Shown here piece after piece: positions 9,840 to 20,959 of a stretch of 64,000 nt of DNA. Below the pieces are notes generated by a model, which was given only the letters and a program-made list of their open reading frames with translations, was not told the DNA's origin and searched no databases. How positions within the stretch are numbered: the stretch's first letter is position 1; each line of letters starts with the position of its first letter. Position numbers and translations under genes: made by a program. Source of the stretch: Diplonema japonicum (Eukaryota > Protista > Euglenozoa: Diplonemea); NCBI GenBank assembly GCA_964019335.1, contig OZ025726.1:393703-457702 (forward strand). The letters run 5' to 3'.

Positions 9840-12800
9840 CTATCCCGTTCCTTCCAACAGCTGTACCACATTTGAGAGGCCGTTCTTAGCAGCCATTTCT
9901 CGTGCGGTTGAGCCATGCTTCGTTTCACGCATTGCGACGGCTTGTGGCGTGGCCATCGTTAGGATTGCGGCAAGGCCGGTTTCTTGTGATGTGAAGGCGG
10001 GCGACAAGACGGCCAGGTGAAGCGCGTTGCGAGCGTAGATGGTGGCAGGGAGGGCAGGGTCGGCTCCCAACGCCAGAAGGGTTGTCGTCGTGTTGATCAG
10101 TTCTGCCAATACTGCACAGTGGAGGGGCGTGTGGCCATCAGTGTCGCAAGGGTTTGGGTTGCCTGCTGCCAGCGTCTGGATCGCACTCTGCGCAGCCTCG
10201 CACACGTCCAGTTGCCTGCTGCTGCACATCACATGCACCACAGTGTTCCCACTATCGTCGATAACCCATGACCGGGCACCCATTGCCGCGAGGCATTCTA
10301 TGACCCTGCCCAACCCCTTCTTGCTTCCTTCCAACAATGCCCTTTCCAACCCTGTCTTCCTCTTGCAGTTCCTCGCGGGCAGCAGCAATGTTAGTAGATC
10401 CGTACCTTTTGCCGTGTTGAAGGCTGCGTTCCCACTCGCTGTCACAATGGGCAGCTCGATATCCTCCAGCGACACGTCGAAACCATCAGCAAGCACCACC
10501 TGCAACACCGACAGCCTGCTGTTCCGCACAATGCACTCCACAGGCGACACACATGCCCCTGCATTGTCAATGTCCACCAGGGCCTGGACGCCTTCCCCCG
10601 ATGCCATGCACACGTGGGTCATGTTACACGAAAGAGTAACCGCTGTATGATGGAAAGCCGGGTTCGGGACTCTGTGGAATGACTTCGGGTACAGACGCAG
10701 GGTTCTAGGAAGGGGATCCGGTGCATCAAGGAATTTGTAAGTGATTTCGTTTATCACCTCCGCCTGATGTGCGCGGAGGCTGTGCACGCCCCCTGTGTCG
10801 TGGAGACACGATACTAGTTCTGCCATGACACGGAGCGTGTCCTGCTGCGTCTCAGGCGTGTGGAGCATGACTATCATTTGCACGAAATCGGCCGCAACTT
10901 TTTCGCGTGCATCTTCGTACGTCTCTAGTACACTTTTTTCCATGTTGTCTCCGATTATTCGATTTGCCTGGGCCCACTTCTCTTTTATCGTCCTGCACGC
11001 CCCTCCGACTCGTGCCAGCCCATCCCGCAGAAGGGCCTCCCTTGCCTCTTCTTCTTTCCAATCCAACTTCAGTACAGCTTCCATCGCATTGCTCCAGTTA
11101 CCAGAGTGGGGCACTTTGTCTAGCATTGCCACCAGTTGTGCACTTAATGGGTGGTTTTGCTTGAAAGTTGCATGCAGCAAGGGCTGCGCCATCCTCCACC
11201 AATCAGGACCGTCCAAGCAGGACACCATGCGGGCAGTGCTTTGTTGAACCTGTTGCAAGAACTGGATAGCTTCCTGAGCCAAGGTGCGCGAAAAGGTTTG
11301 TAGGTAAGCAGGGTCGCAGGTCTGTGGGGATACATGTGTATCACAAATGGCTGCTTGGCGCACGAGAGCTGGAGAGAGGGATGGATGGGATGAGGCTGGT
11401 AGTGCTTGCAGAAGTTTGATGCCAAGCTTGCGGCGGAGAGAGAGAGTGTGCCCTTTGACTTTATGAACTGTTAGAACGCCGCGCATGTTACTTAGACTCC
11501 CTCCTATCACCTCCCCACCGTTTCTGATACTGTAAACGTAGGTCTTGTCTATCATCCGTACCTTTTGACTTAGCCGCCTATACACCCTGTCTGCACCGCC
11601 TCGAACTTTCTGAGCTGTATCCCGCGGCACCATGTTCCTAATGTACATAACCTTCACCTCCACACCGTAGGGCCGCTCCTGCACCTCGAGGACCTTGTAC
11701 TCGCTCATGGCAGGAAGGATAACTCTTTCTTTGTGCACCAACGATGGAATCGAGTGCCGTGTTTGATGCACACACAGCACGACGTGCTGCCCGGTGGTGT
11801 CTGCCTCTACCGCCTTTGGCAAGCCCCCACTCGCCCAGGCACCCACAATCGGTCCTGTCGAGTACAGAAGACCTCCCACCTTCAGCGTGCGGTACCATTT
11901 CATCGCGTGCGACGGGATATTATTGTAACACGCCACCGCCTGCAGCTGTTTGCTCCGCTTCACTGTTTCCGAGGGGAGGATCTCTTCTGTGGAGGCCATC
12001 AGCAGCTGCAACGTGCAACACCAGCTCTGCAAGGCTGCCGGGCTGCAGAACGCCTCCACCACACAGGATATCAATGGTACCACGTTTCCCGGGGCGCTCT
12101 TTTGTGTGAACCCCAGGACAGCATCCACTTCACAAGGATCCATCCCTACTAAGGCTATCACCAGCAGCTGCAGGCTGTCGAAGCGGGGGTAGTTGTCGCC
12201 AAACAACTCAGAACAGCATTCGGCAAGATTCAGAAGTCTTTTAAGTGGGTTGCCAGCACAAGAGGGGTACTGCAGATTGTCAAGTAACTCACTCACAAGA
12301 TCGGCACCCTTACGAGCTACAGCACGGTCGATGGCAGTGCAACGGCCCTTCACAACATGGAGCCACTCAGAGCAAAACAAGTGGGCACCGTTCTTGACAC
12401 CTACGGCGCAGCGCGCACGGGAACTAGCCGAGGGAAAACTACTAAGAGATGCAGTCCGTGTAGGAGCGGACTTCTTGGTTTCAATCAACTTGCGGAAGGG
12501 ATTCTTCACTTGCTCGACAGTGTGTTCCGAGTGGCACTCCAAGATGCCGATGGCTTCTCTAAGGCAGTTTGCGTTGTCGCAGACGGCCTGCGTGAGTGTG
12601 TCTACACGAACTCCTTCACTTGTGGACACCACTAAGGGATGGGAGGGGACCTCGAGTGTCCGGGACCATGTTTCCCCTGCGCACCACTCCATGCTGTTCT
12701 CATTGATGCTCGCAGGGCGGCCGTCCCTTTCCACAAATTCAGGCTTATCGGAATAGTGCCACCTGTTGCCTTCAATAAATACAGCCACATCCCCAACACC

Positions 12801-13415
12801 CCACCAAAGGCCTTCTGTTGAGGTGTCGGGGGTATCGTGGATAGAAGAAGACACAGAAAGTTCTAGTTGCGGCGGAATGACTTGTGACTTCCTCTTCATT
12901 TCCCTTGCGCGAGACTTAGGAGATGTGGCCGCCTTGGGGGATGTGCTCATCTTTGGTTTCGAACCTTCGATAAGTGTTTTGTACAGTGTAGCGGTGACGT
13001 ACTTAGCCACGTTGTTCAGGTCCAGTGCCCGATGTGTTGTCGATCCGTCGGAGATGGCGAAGGCTTCAACGACATCTTGCTTTAGCTTTTCATGTCCAGG
13101 AGGAGCGAGGCCAGCTTCGTCATGCAACAGGAGAAGAAATTCCAGCATCTCGTCTCTACACAGTTTGTGGTCTCTGTCCACATCAACTTGCCTGAACAGT
13201 CTGAACAACATGTCTATTGTGTCAGGCGTAAAGTCTCTCTTGAAGGCATCAGTCACCATAGCAAGTGATACCCCCACACCCTTCTTCTGCATCACAGGTA
13301 GCACACCACCGAGCTCTTCCCATTCATCGATCTTGACTGTACTTTTCCTCTTCCTGAACGACACCCTTTTGAGCAATGTGGGCTTCTTAGTCGGACTCAA
13401 AGGAGGGATCTTCAT
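9840..13415 (-). CDS. Multidomain protein: N-terminal EF-hand, possible degenerate ADP-ribosyltransferase-like segment, C-terminal ankyrin repeats
   Basis: Long ORF with likely start MKIPPLSP at 13415. EF-hand loop DVDRDHKLCRDE; ankyrin motifs GNTVVH, DGHTPLHCAV, RNALHLAV; ERVILPAMSEYKV resembles the ART E-x-E-V-L-L-P strand (weak). Confidence 0.75.
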   Translation of the reverse strand: MKIPPLSPTKKPTLLKRVSFRKRKSTVKIDEWEELGGVLPVMQKKGVGVSLAMVTDAFKRDFTPDTIDMLFRLFRQVDVDRDHKLCRDEMLEFLLLLHDEAGLAPPGHEKLKQDVVEAFAISDGSTTHRALDLNNVAKYVTATLYKTLIEGSKPKMSTSPKAATSPKSRAREMKRKSQVIPPQLELSVSSSIHDTPDTSTEGLWWGVGDVAVFIEGNRWHYSDKPEFVERDGRPASINENSMEWCAGETWSRTLEVPSHPLVVSTSEGVRVDTLTQAVCDNANCLREAIGILECHSEHTVEQVKNPFRKLIETKKSAPTRTASLSSFPSASSRARCAVGVKNGAHLFCSEWLHVVKGRCTAIDRAVARKGADLVSELLDNLQYPSCAGNPLKRLLNLAECCSELFGDNYPRFDSLQLLVIALVGMDPCEVDAVLGFTQKSAPGNVVPLISCVVEAFCSPAALQSWCCTLQLLMASTEEILPSETVKRSKQLQAVACYNNIPSHAMKWYRTLKVGGLLYSTGPIVGAWASGGLPKAVEADTTGQHVVLCVHQTRHSIPSLVHKERVILPAMSEYKVLEVQERPYGVEVKVMYIRNMVPRDTAQKVRGGADRVYRRLSQKVRMIDKTYVYSIRNGGEVIGGSLSNMRGVLTVHKVKGHTLSLRRKLGIKLLQALPASSHPSLSPALVRQAAICDTHVSPQTCDPAYLQTFSRTLAQEAIQFLQQVQQSTARMVSCLDGPDWWRMAQPLLHATFKQNHPLSAQLVAMLDKVPHSGNWSNAMEAVLKLDWKEEEAREALLRDGLARVGGACRTIKEKWAQANRIIGDNMEKSVLETYEDAREKVAADFVQMIVMLHTPETQQDTLRVMAELVSCLHDTGGVHSLRAHQAEVINEITYKFLDAPDPLPRTLRLYPKSFHRVPNPAFHHTAVTLSCNMTHVCMASGEGVQALVDIDNAGACVSPVECIVRNSRLSVLQVVLADGFDVSLEDIELPIVTASGNAAFNTAKGTDLLTLLLPARNCKRKTGLERALLEGSKKGLGRVIECLAAMGARSWVIDDSGNTVVHVMCSSRQLDVCEAAQSAIQTLAAGNPNPCDTDGHTPLHCAVLAELINTTTTLLALGADPALPATIYARNALHLAVLSPAFTSQETGLAAILTMATPQAVAMRETKHGSTAREMAAKNGLSNVVQLLEGTG

Positions 13416-13528
13416 GTGCAAGCATGGTGTACCTGCAGTGTGTTGCAGTAGGACAAACAAAGGTGGCTATTTGCAACAAGTAAATAAGGTACAGTGTACA
13501 GGTACAATTGTAAATATCTAGGGAAATG

Positions 13529-14272
13529 TCAAACAAGGTTTCGCATGTAGTTAACAAGCTGAAACCTTTTCTGCAGAGTGGTCTTTACGCACGGGATGGT
13601 GGTTCTGTCTGGGTGGAGTTTTGCAAGCATCTTCTTCATCTCGTTTTTGTCGTCGGTGCCTAAGGCTTCAATGACGTCCATTCGAGAGAGCTTTCTGGAT
13701 TGGCTGAGGAGGGTCTCGATGGCCTCATCGGAGCAGCTCTCGACGCTCATGGAGGACACCTCGTCGATGGCACTGGCCATCGATTGGGGCACGGTACGGG
13801 CAGCAGGCTGCACAGGGACCGCTCCATGCATTCGTTGTGGCTGTTGCTGCCGTGTGTACGCTTGCTGCTGTAGCACAGCGACCTTTGCCCGCTCAGTCTG
13901 CAGTGCTGCTCTTAGAGAGTGAACCTCACGCTTCATATTTTCAAATGTACGTGCGGGCACTGTGACCATCTCCTCCTCATATACAGGGCGAGCCCCCTGT
14001 GCCTGTGCCTCAGGTACGACATTGGGTGCACCACTCATAGGGATGCACCTCCCAGCCAGGTCACAGCACATTGCGTGGAATGCCTCAAATGGTATTTCAT
14101 GCCCCGTCGTGTGCACCTTGCGGAGTTTCTCGATCCTTTCACGAGGCACTCTGGTGAAACCGGCAGCCTGCAGTGCCACAGCCAGATCGCAGCTGTGCAT
14201 GAACCCCCCTGCGGAGAACATGTCGTAGGCTTCCTTTCTGTCCGCCACAGTCGCTTGGTCATCGCAACCCAT
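13529..14272 (-). CDS. Protein with centrin/calmodulin-like N-terminus, coiled coil and C-terminal J-domain-like HPD motif
   Basis: 247-aa ORF; KEAYDMF...DLAVALQAAGF...IPFEAF; KKMLAKLHPDR...KRFQLVN. Confidence 0.65.
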   Translation of the reverse strand: MGCDDQATVADRKEAYDMFSAGGFMHSCDLAVALQAAGFTRVPRERIEKLRKVHTTGHEIPFEAFHAMCCDLAGRCIPMSGAPNVVPEAQAQGARPVYEEEMVTVPARTFENMKREVHSLRAALQTERAKVAVLQQQAYTRQQQPQRMHGAVPVQPAARTVPQSMASAIDEVSSMSVESCSDEAIETLLSQSRKLSRMDVIEALGTDDKNEMKKMLAKLHPDRTTIPCVKTTLQKRFQLVNYMRNLV

Positions 14273-14340
14273 CTGCCCCCCTGTGTCTGTGCTGCAAGTG
14301 AAACTGTCAACAGAATATGAATGCCAACAATATCTATGTC

Positions 14341-14922
14341 TTACACACGTGGTGTGGGCTGAGCAAAGGGCAACCTTGCGGGGTTTAAAGGTTCTTGGAC
14401 GGCCTGTTTGTTACTCTTCATTTTTTTCTGATTCTGTTTCTCTTGGGCCCACTCGCGCACCGCGGCGATGGTGGCGGACTTGGAGGATGGCTTCTGGCGT
14501 TCCTGGAAAGCTGTGAGGGTGGTCGTGACCGCGTCGCCTGCACCGTAGTAGAGACCGGCGAGGGCTTTCTGGAAGGGGTGGGGTGTGGAGGGGATCAGGT
14601 TTGCTGATCTGACTATAGTACGCTTCTTACCATTCATCATTTTAGTGTTTGAACAACCTTTCTTCAACCAGCAGCACCTGTCGTCCCACCGAGGGTTTGG
14701 TCCTGCACCCGTCTGGTAGTTGTACACAACAGCACTACAGCGAGCGTCCCCGTTGCACTTTGCAACACACTCCTCTTCAGACACACTGCAGACTTTGTCC
14801 AAGTCATCTTTGAAGCAATCCTCGTCCAGTCCTCCGAGATCCTCTGTTATTGCCACACACTTCGGGCTAGCTCCCACCGACACGCACCACAGTGCAATGC
14901 AAAATACAACTACGTTCTTCAT
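14341..14922 (-). CDS. Secreted PAN/Apple-domain protein
   Basis: Signal peptide MKNVVVFCIALWCVSVGA; SEEECVAKCNGDARCSAVVYN...CCWLK has the PAN cysteine pattern; possible in-frame 45-nt intron near 14569-14613. Confidence 0.65.
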   Translation of the reverse strand: MKNVVVFCIALWCVSVGASPKCVAITEDLGGLDEDCFKDDLDKVCSVSEEECVAKCNGDARCSAVVYNYQTGAGPNPRWDDRCCWLKKGCSNTKMMNGKKRTIVRSANLIPSTPHPFQKALAGLYYGAGDAVTTTLTAFQERQKPSSKSATIAAVREWAQEKQNQKKMKSNKQAVQEPLNPARLPFAQPTPRV

Positions 14923-15734
14923 TAACCTTTGCCTCCACACAGTCCTGTGGTGTATAATGCGGAGTAAAGCGGGGGAAAAAAAAATAAAAAAGTATAAAAA
15001 AAAAAAGTTGCGCAGCCAAATCCTAACAATAAGCAAAAAAGTTTTTTTTTTTTTTTAAAAAAAGACAATTAAAAATTAGTGACAACCCCTCTAAAAAAGA
15101 AAATGAATGAAGAAAAAAAAATCAGGAGCACTACGATGGGCCACTCTTTTAAAGGGATCAGCTGGAATGGAAAAAGAAAAGGCGATGCCTAAGGGTAGGC
15201 CCTATAGAGGACCACCCGAAAGGGGAGGGGCGGGGGGAAAGCCTGTTTTACATTGATTCTCTTTCTACTTATGGTTCTTGTTTTCTCTTTTCTTTTTTTT
15301 TTTTTTGTTAGAAAAGACCAACGGCAATAAAAAGGTCCAAGGCTTTGTTTTTGTGGACAATGTCCCGTGACCTATCCAAGCTGCTGGAGGGCCGGTTTTA
15401 AGACGAAGAGAACAAAAAAAAGAGAAAGAAAAAAGAAAAGGAATGGTTTAACGAGACCTGGTAGTGCTTCAAGCACCGCCATCAACCTCAATGTGATTTA
15501 GTTATTCCTTCTCTTTTCTTTTTTATTAAGCCAGAGAAAACAACATAACGCTTTCTTAAATAGCGCAGTACGAAGGCTAAAAAAAAACAGCAGGGGGGGA
15601 TGGTGACGTGTTTGAAAAATTAAGCAAAAGAAAAAGAAAAAGAAAAGAAACGTGTGGCGGGGAGGGGGGAGAGTTCGCTGTGCTAGGAGGTGGTCGGTGA
15701 TTTATTAGGAGCGAAAATTAGCTATGGGGTAAAA

Positions 15735-18053
15735 TCACAGCTCGTTATCACGGGCCTTCTGAATGTAAATAAGCTCCCTCAAGAGGATGGCACCACCAGT
15801 GGGCTTCGCAATGAAGAGGTCGTACCTGTTGATGGTGTGGGCGTTGTGGCCTAGAAGGATGCCATCCACCACAGGCTTTGCCACAATACGCATGTACTGC
15901 GGGATGCCAGCGGTCTGTTGCGGCTCCTCTACCACAACTTGCATGTACATGTTTCGTGGCCTGTCGTAGAGGGCGTAGTACCCATGCTCACCCGAGATGG
16001 CGTGGATGGGTGAGTCTACACAATTCTGTGTCAGTGCAGCCCCTGCCCCGCCTGGCGTTGCGTACCCGAAGCACTCGACGAAGTGCCCCATGCCGTAGTG
16101 CCCCTGCCACCCGTCCCCTGCAGGCGTCTTCCCGGCGGTGGCGTCCATCTCCATCTGATCCACCGTGGCCTTGCTTAGGAACTTGTACCCCAGCATCCCC
16201 TCCAGGAACTTCCCGTAGTCCTCACCAGTGGTCTGCATTCCCCTCGCAAGCGACGGGTTGTTGTAGGGCGCTGCGCCCCACTGTGTCTGGGTCATCCCCA
16301 CCTTCGTCGTGAACTCCGTCAGCAGCTCGTTGATGGGCCTCTTCGTTGCCGCCTCCAACACCGCACCAGCAAACTCCATGTGACAGTCAAGGTTCGTGAA
16401 CTCAGTGCCAGGAGCCGCGCCCTTGGGTGTCGCAGTGTATAAGTCTTTCACGCAGTCCATGAAGATGGCACCAGGGTTCTGTTGGCATGTGACGTTGACA
16501 TCCGACTGGAAGCCGCTGGTGGAGGTGAGCAGGTGCCTCAGAGTGATCTGGGACCTCGAATCAGACGAGTCCTGCGCCCACCATGAGAGGTGGTTCTTGA
16601 CAAGGTCGTCGAAACCCAGGGCACCGCTCTCGACGTGCATGGCGACCATGGCAGCAACGGGCCACTTGCCCACACTGCCGCCCTGCACCTTTGCGCCCAT
16701 ATGCAGCCTCCCAAAGCTGGTTGTGTACTGAGTGCCTGATGTGTTGCCAACATGGAAGGCGAAGTGTTTGGTGAACTCTTGTCCGTGCCACGCGTTAAGC
16801 CCAGCCCACAGCGTGTCCCAGCCACCGATGATGGGGTCGGCCTCCACTGTCATCCCGTGCTTCAGGTAGAACCTCTCCAACTCAGGTGTGTGGCTCAACT
16901 TCTTGTTCTCCCTGCTGGGGATGATGCGCGATGCTTCGTCGATGCCGAAGATGTCCCTGAGGATCATGCCGCCCATGTCCTCCAGGATGACTTCCCTGTT
17001 CACCTGAGCAGGGTCCTTGTCCACCATGATGTAGTTGATCAAAGGTTTGGCAAGCATTGTGTAGTACTCAGGGATACCAGACTTGATGTAGTTCTCCTTT
17101 ACCACGACCTGGTAGTAGAACTCTCGGGACCTATCGAGGATGGGGAACCACCCCCACAGGCCGGGGTCGGAGTGGATCTTCTCGTCGATGCAACGCTGGG
17201 GGAGGTATTGCGGCTCAGACTGGTTGCGCCCGATGGTGTACCCGTAGCACTCGAAGAAGTTGCCCATGCAGTAGTGCCCGAAGAACATACCCGAAGGGCT
17301 GATGGGCGGTTTGGACCAGTCTGTCTCGAGGACATTGGTGATGTCCTGAGGGAGGAACTTGTTGGTGAGGGTGCCGAAAAGGAACTTCTCGTAATCATTA
17401 CCAGTGGTGGTGATGCCTGCTGCGATCTGCGGGTTCTTGTAAGGAGGGCTGCCCCACGTGGTGGCGTTCAGCTTCAAAGGTGTGTAAAGGTACTTCGCGT
17501 ACAACTGGTCAATAGGGATGCCAGATGCTGCGACTGCCATGGCACCGGCGAACTGGTAATGGCACTCAAGGTAGGCCCAGGTGACACCAGGGGGGTAGGC
17601 ATGGGGGGTCACCTCGTAGAGTTGCCTCTGGCAATCAACAAAATCGTATGAAGGGTTGACGGAGCAGTTCACCTGGCCGTCCTTCACATAGCCATCAGTG
17701 AAGGAGAGCAGGTGTCTCAACGTGATGTTGGACCTGGAGTCAGAAGGGTCCGTTGCCCACCAGCTGAGGTACTTGCTCGGCTTGTCGTCGTACGACAGGA
17801 TCCCATCATTCACAAGGCCACTGATCATGCTTGCAGACGGCCACTTGCTAGCGCTGGCCCCCGCCATCCTGTTGTGCATGGTGGTGGTTCCAGTCATGTA
17901 GACCATCTTGGTGCCGGTGGCATCACCCACATTCACACCGAAGTTCGTGTTGTAGTTCAGCTTTGACCACGTGTCCACTCCATCAGTCACGGGCTTCCAC
18001 TTATCCCCCATTGCAGCGCCCACTAGGGCAGCTGCAACTACTGTCTTCAACAT
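15735..18053 (-). CDS. Secreted protein with two tandem beta-lactamase/serine-hydrolase (class C/PBP-like) domains
   Basis: Signal peptide; two SxxK motifs (ASASKW, GSVGKW), each followed by D...YL/HLSWW...ITLRHLL and PG..W/F.Y/N segments; intronless. Confidence 0.85.
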   Translation of the reverse strand: MLKTVVAAALVGAAMGDKWKPVTDGVDTWSKLNYNTNFGVNVGDATGTKMVYMTGTTTMHNRMAGASASKWPSASMISGLVNDGILSYDDKPSKYLSWWATDPSDSRSNITLRHLLSFTDGYVKDGQVNCSVNPSYDFVDCQRQLYEVTPHAYPPGVTWAYLECHYQFAGAMAVAASGIPIDQLYAKYLYTPLKLNATTWGSPPYKNPQIAAGITTTGNDYEKFLFGTLTNKFLPQDITNVLETDWSKPPISPSGMFFGHYCMGNFFECYGYTIGRNQSEPQYLPQRCIDEKIHSDPGLWGWFPILDRSREFYYQVVVKENYIKSGIPEYYTMLAKPLINYIMVDKDPAQVNREVILEDMGGMILRDIFGIDEASRIIPSRENKKLSHTPELERFYLKHGMTVEADPIIGGWDTLWAGLNAWHGQEFTKHFAFHVGNTSGTQYTTSFGRLHMGAKVQGGSVGKWPVAAMVAMHVESGALGFDDLVKNHLSWWAQDSSDSRSQITLRHLLTSTSGFQSDVNVTCQQNPGAIFMDCVKDLYTATPKGAAPGTEFTNLDCHMEFAGAVLEAATKRPINELLTEFTTKVGMTQTQWGAAPYNNPSLARGMQTTGEDYGKFLEGMLGYKFLSKATVDQMEMDATAGKTPAGDGWQGHYGMGHFVECFGYATPGGAGAALTQNCVDSPIHAISGEHGYYALYDRPRNMYMQVVVEEPQQTAGIPQYMRIVAKPVVDGILLGHNAHTINRYDLFIAKPTGGAILLRELIYIQKARDNEL

Positions 18054-18740
18054 TTTTTTTTTTCCCCTGCCTTTTTTTTAAAAGTTAGTGATTTGATTTA
18101 AAAAAAAAAAAATATGGAACAAAAGACCACAAGGATAGCTGAGTCAAGGAGGGGAAAAAAGCTTAAGAATGCAGATGTAAAAAAAAAAAAGAAAAGAAAA
18201 AGAGGGAAAACAAAACAAAAAAATAGGCTTTTCCCCCTCCACGAAGAAGAAAAAAAAAAGAGAGAGAAAAAAAAAAGAAGAAAAAAAGGGCAGTAAATAA
18301 AAAAAAAAGAATAGGAGCGGCATCCGCTTTAAAAATGAAATCGAAAGAAAGACTTCCACCTGTCAGAGAGGCGGCTAAAGTTTTTTCAAAAAGCCTTATC
18401 AGTCTGAGTAAAGCTTCACACGCTTCTCCTTTGTATTTCAATTCTTTTTTTTTTGTTTCTACAAGGGTTGGTGGCCCGACCGCCACCCTGCGCTCAGAAT
18501 CTCGTAATAAAAAAAATAAAAAAAAATGAAATAAAAAAAAAACCCCCCCCGACAATAATAATAATTATAACAGAAGTAAAAAAAAGAACTCTTTAAAGTA
18601 TCGCGGCTATGCTTCGTGTAGGGGATTCATTGCTGCTAGTTGTGTCCTTTTCTTTTTTCCTCTTATTGTGTGGGGTTTTTTTTTTTTTTTCTTTTCTTTT
18701 TTTTTTTTTTTCTCACGAGCATCATTGCGCATATTTACCC

Positions 18741-19064
18741 TCACCCACCTCCACCTCTCCTCGAGAATCCTGATGGTCGGAACCTGGCGGGGCCACACGA
18801 AGCCGCAGACAGCTTGTAGGGGGCTCGCTTTGGGTTGTCCTGCGAGGGCCCCAGTGGCGCGGGCGTATCGTCCTCCACCTCCTCACCATTTATCTGCTTC
18901 TCGAGATTTTCCATTTTCTTCAATTTTTTTTCGTCGTTCTTCTTAGCTTCCTCGTTTCTTGCTTGTGCGTGCTTTTCAGAATGCTGCATATGTTGCTCTG
19001 CTATCTTCTCCCTAGAAGCCTTCATTCTGCTCTCCAAGTCCTGGTCAGGTACCCTGTTGGTCAT
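18741..19064 (-). CDS. Small coiled-coil hypothetical protein
   Basis: 107-aa ORF with A-rich start context, charged helical N-terminus and RGG-like C-terminus, co-oriented with the cluster. Confidence 0.6.
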   Translation of the reverse strand: MTNRVPDQDLESRMKASREKIAEQHMQHSEKHAQARNEEAKKNDEKKLKKMENLEKQINGEEVEDDTPAPLGPSQDNPKRAPYKLSAASCGPARFRPSGFSRRGGGG

Positions 19065-19969
19065 TTTTTTAAAAAAAATTTTCCCTTCTCATACACTTTA
19101 ACGACAGGATTCTGCCGTTTTTCCCACCAACATGCTATGTTCTCTGCAATCCTGCTTCCCTTGAAAAGCTCCCGCGCTACTAAAATAGCGAAGAACAAAA
19201 AGAACCAGTAGATTTTTTCTTTGGAAGGGTCATCCATTTTTTTTTTTATTATTATTTGTGTGTCCTTCTTTCCCTCCTCCCCTTGGACGTGTCTGTTAAA
19301 ATTTCGCAAAACTACTACTTTGGAACTCAATTAATTTTTTTTTAAAATTTGAAAAGAAAAAAAGAACTGGATATCGAGATGGAATAAAAAGAAAAAAAAA
19401 GAGGAAAAAAAAAAGAAAAAAGAGAAAACTGAAAAGTCCTTCCTGTGCACCTCAATGCAGTGCCGAAAGAAGAACGAATTAATATTTAAATCCTTGTGTT
19501 CCTTCGGGTCATAATAATACTTTTTTTTTTATTTAACGCGAGCAGGGTTTTCAAGGGTGGGAGTGAAAATAAGATTTTACTTTATGTCTGTCCCAGACAT
19601 TATTTTCACTCACCTGTTTACCTTGGTTCTAAACATTGCTTCACTCCTGCACCTAATTTCACCTAGAATGTCTTGCCTGTCCTTTATATTGGCACGAGAG
19701 TGTGAGGATTTCTTTCTTCTCAATAACTACCAGTTTTTTTTTTTCTTCTTTTTCTTTTTTTAAAAGTCTCGAACAAATATTTGTTTATAAAAAAAAACAC
19801 AAACTAAAAGAAAAAAAAACACATATTTTTTTTAATGGCTCGCGTTTTCGCGCGGAAAGAAAAAAAAAAGAGAGAAACAAAAGAAGGTGAATGTAATTAT
19901 GTTACATAGTGTAAAAAAAAGGGGGGGGAGGGGGGGGGGGGGGGCGGCTCTTGTTCTTTTTTTTTTTCT

Positions 19970-20567
19970 TCACCTAGCCGCAACTCGCAACATAACTATG
20001 CTAAATTCATCGAAGGAAATTCTACCGTCTCCGAGCATGTTATACTGAAGGATTTTTTTTTTTTTTTTTTTTTTCTCAAATTACCTGTTTCAAAATTGAG
20101 TCCACAAAGGCAGGATCCGGCTCTGTACCAAACGTCTCGAGTGTAGAGTAAAACTGTTTGAACTCGGGGGTTTCAAGGTAGCCGTTATTGTTCTTGTCGA
20201 GCGCAGCAAACAAGTTCCGGAGATCTGAGTCCGTGTACGCCACGCCACTGACATCATTTGAGACCAGATCCTTCACTGCAATACCTTTCACAACAAGGCC
20301 TTCACGGTGACTGGGAAGCGGGCTCTCAGTGGCCTCAGCAACCGGACTTTCTTCTTCGTCCCCAATTGCCGCCTTCACCACATGTTCCAGTGCTGGTAGA
20401 TGCGCAAATCCCTCCAGTATTTCCCACCCATCCCCCTTCTCAAACACCATTTCTATCTTGGCATCACTCTTTAATTTCAGCAGCTCCAACGCCTCACACC
20501 CACCCCCTTGTATCGAGTCTAATAAGAACTGCAATGCCTCTCCAGGTTCCAGCCGCAACTGCGCCAT
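19970..20567 (-). CDS. EF-hand calcium-binding protein, one intron (20045-20084)
   Basis: DKNNNGYLETPEF loop; splicing the 40-nt intron adds a second EF hand, YNMLGDGRISFDEFSIVMLRVAAR*. Confidence 0.85.
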
Positions 20568-20722
20568 TCTGTGGGTGGAGTTGTCATAGAAGGGGAAAGC
20601 AGAGAAATCACAAATAAGAGAAGAAAAAAAAGGTATAAGAAAAAGGAAGAGAGAAAGATATAACTAAAAACAACTCACCAAAGGCCTTCAAGGCCCTCAA
20701 CACTGCTTTGTCAAGTGGTGTG

Positions 20723-20757
<35 letters not shown>

Positions 20758-20959
20758 TATTATCAAGAGGATCTCACGCAAGACTTCGTAAGCCATCAAG
20801 AAAGGGGCTGGGTGTACCAGGAGAGCGATTAGGTAAGGTGCAGGAGGCAAGAGAAAGTTTTCACAGGCTAAATAAGTGGCTCGTAAGTGTGTATGGTGCT
20901 CTCGTTTATCGCAGGACCTGGCAGGCACTGGAGGTGCCCGACGGCACTGGTTTTGGTGG

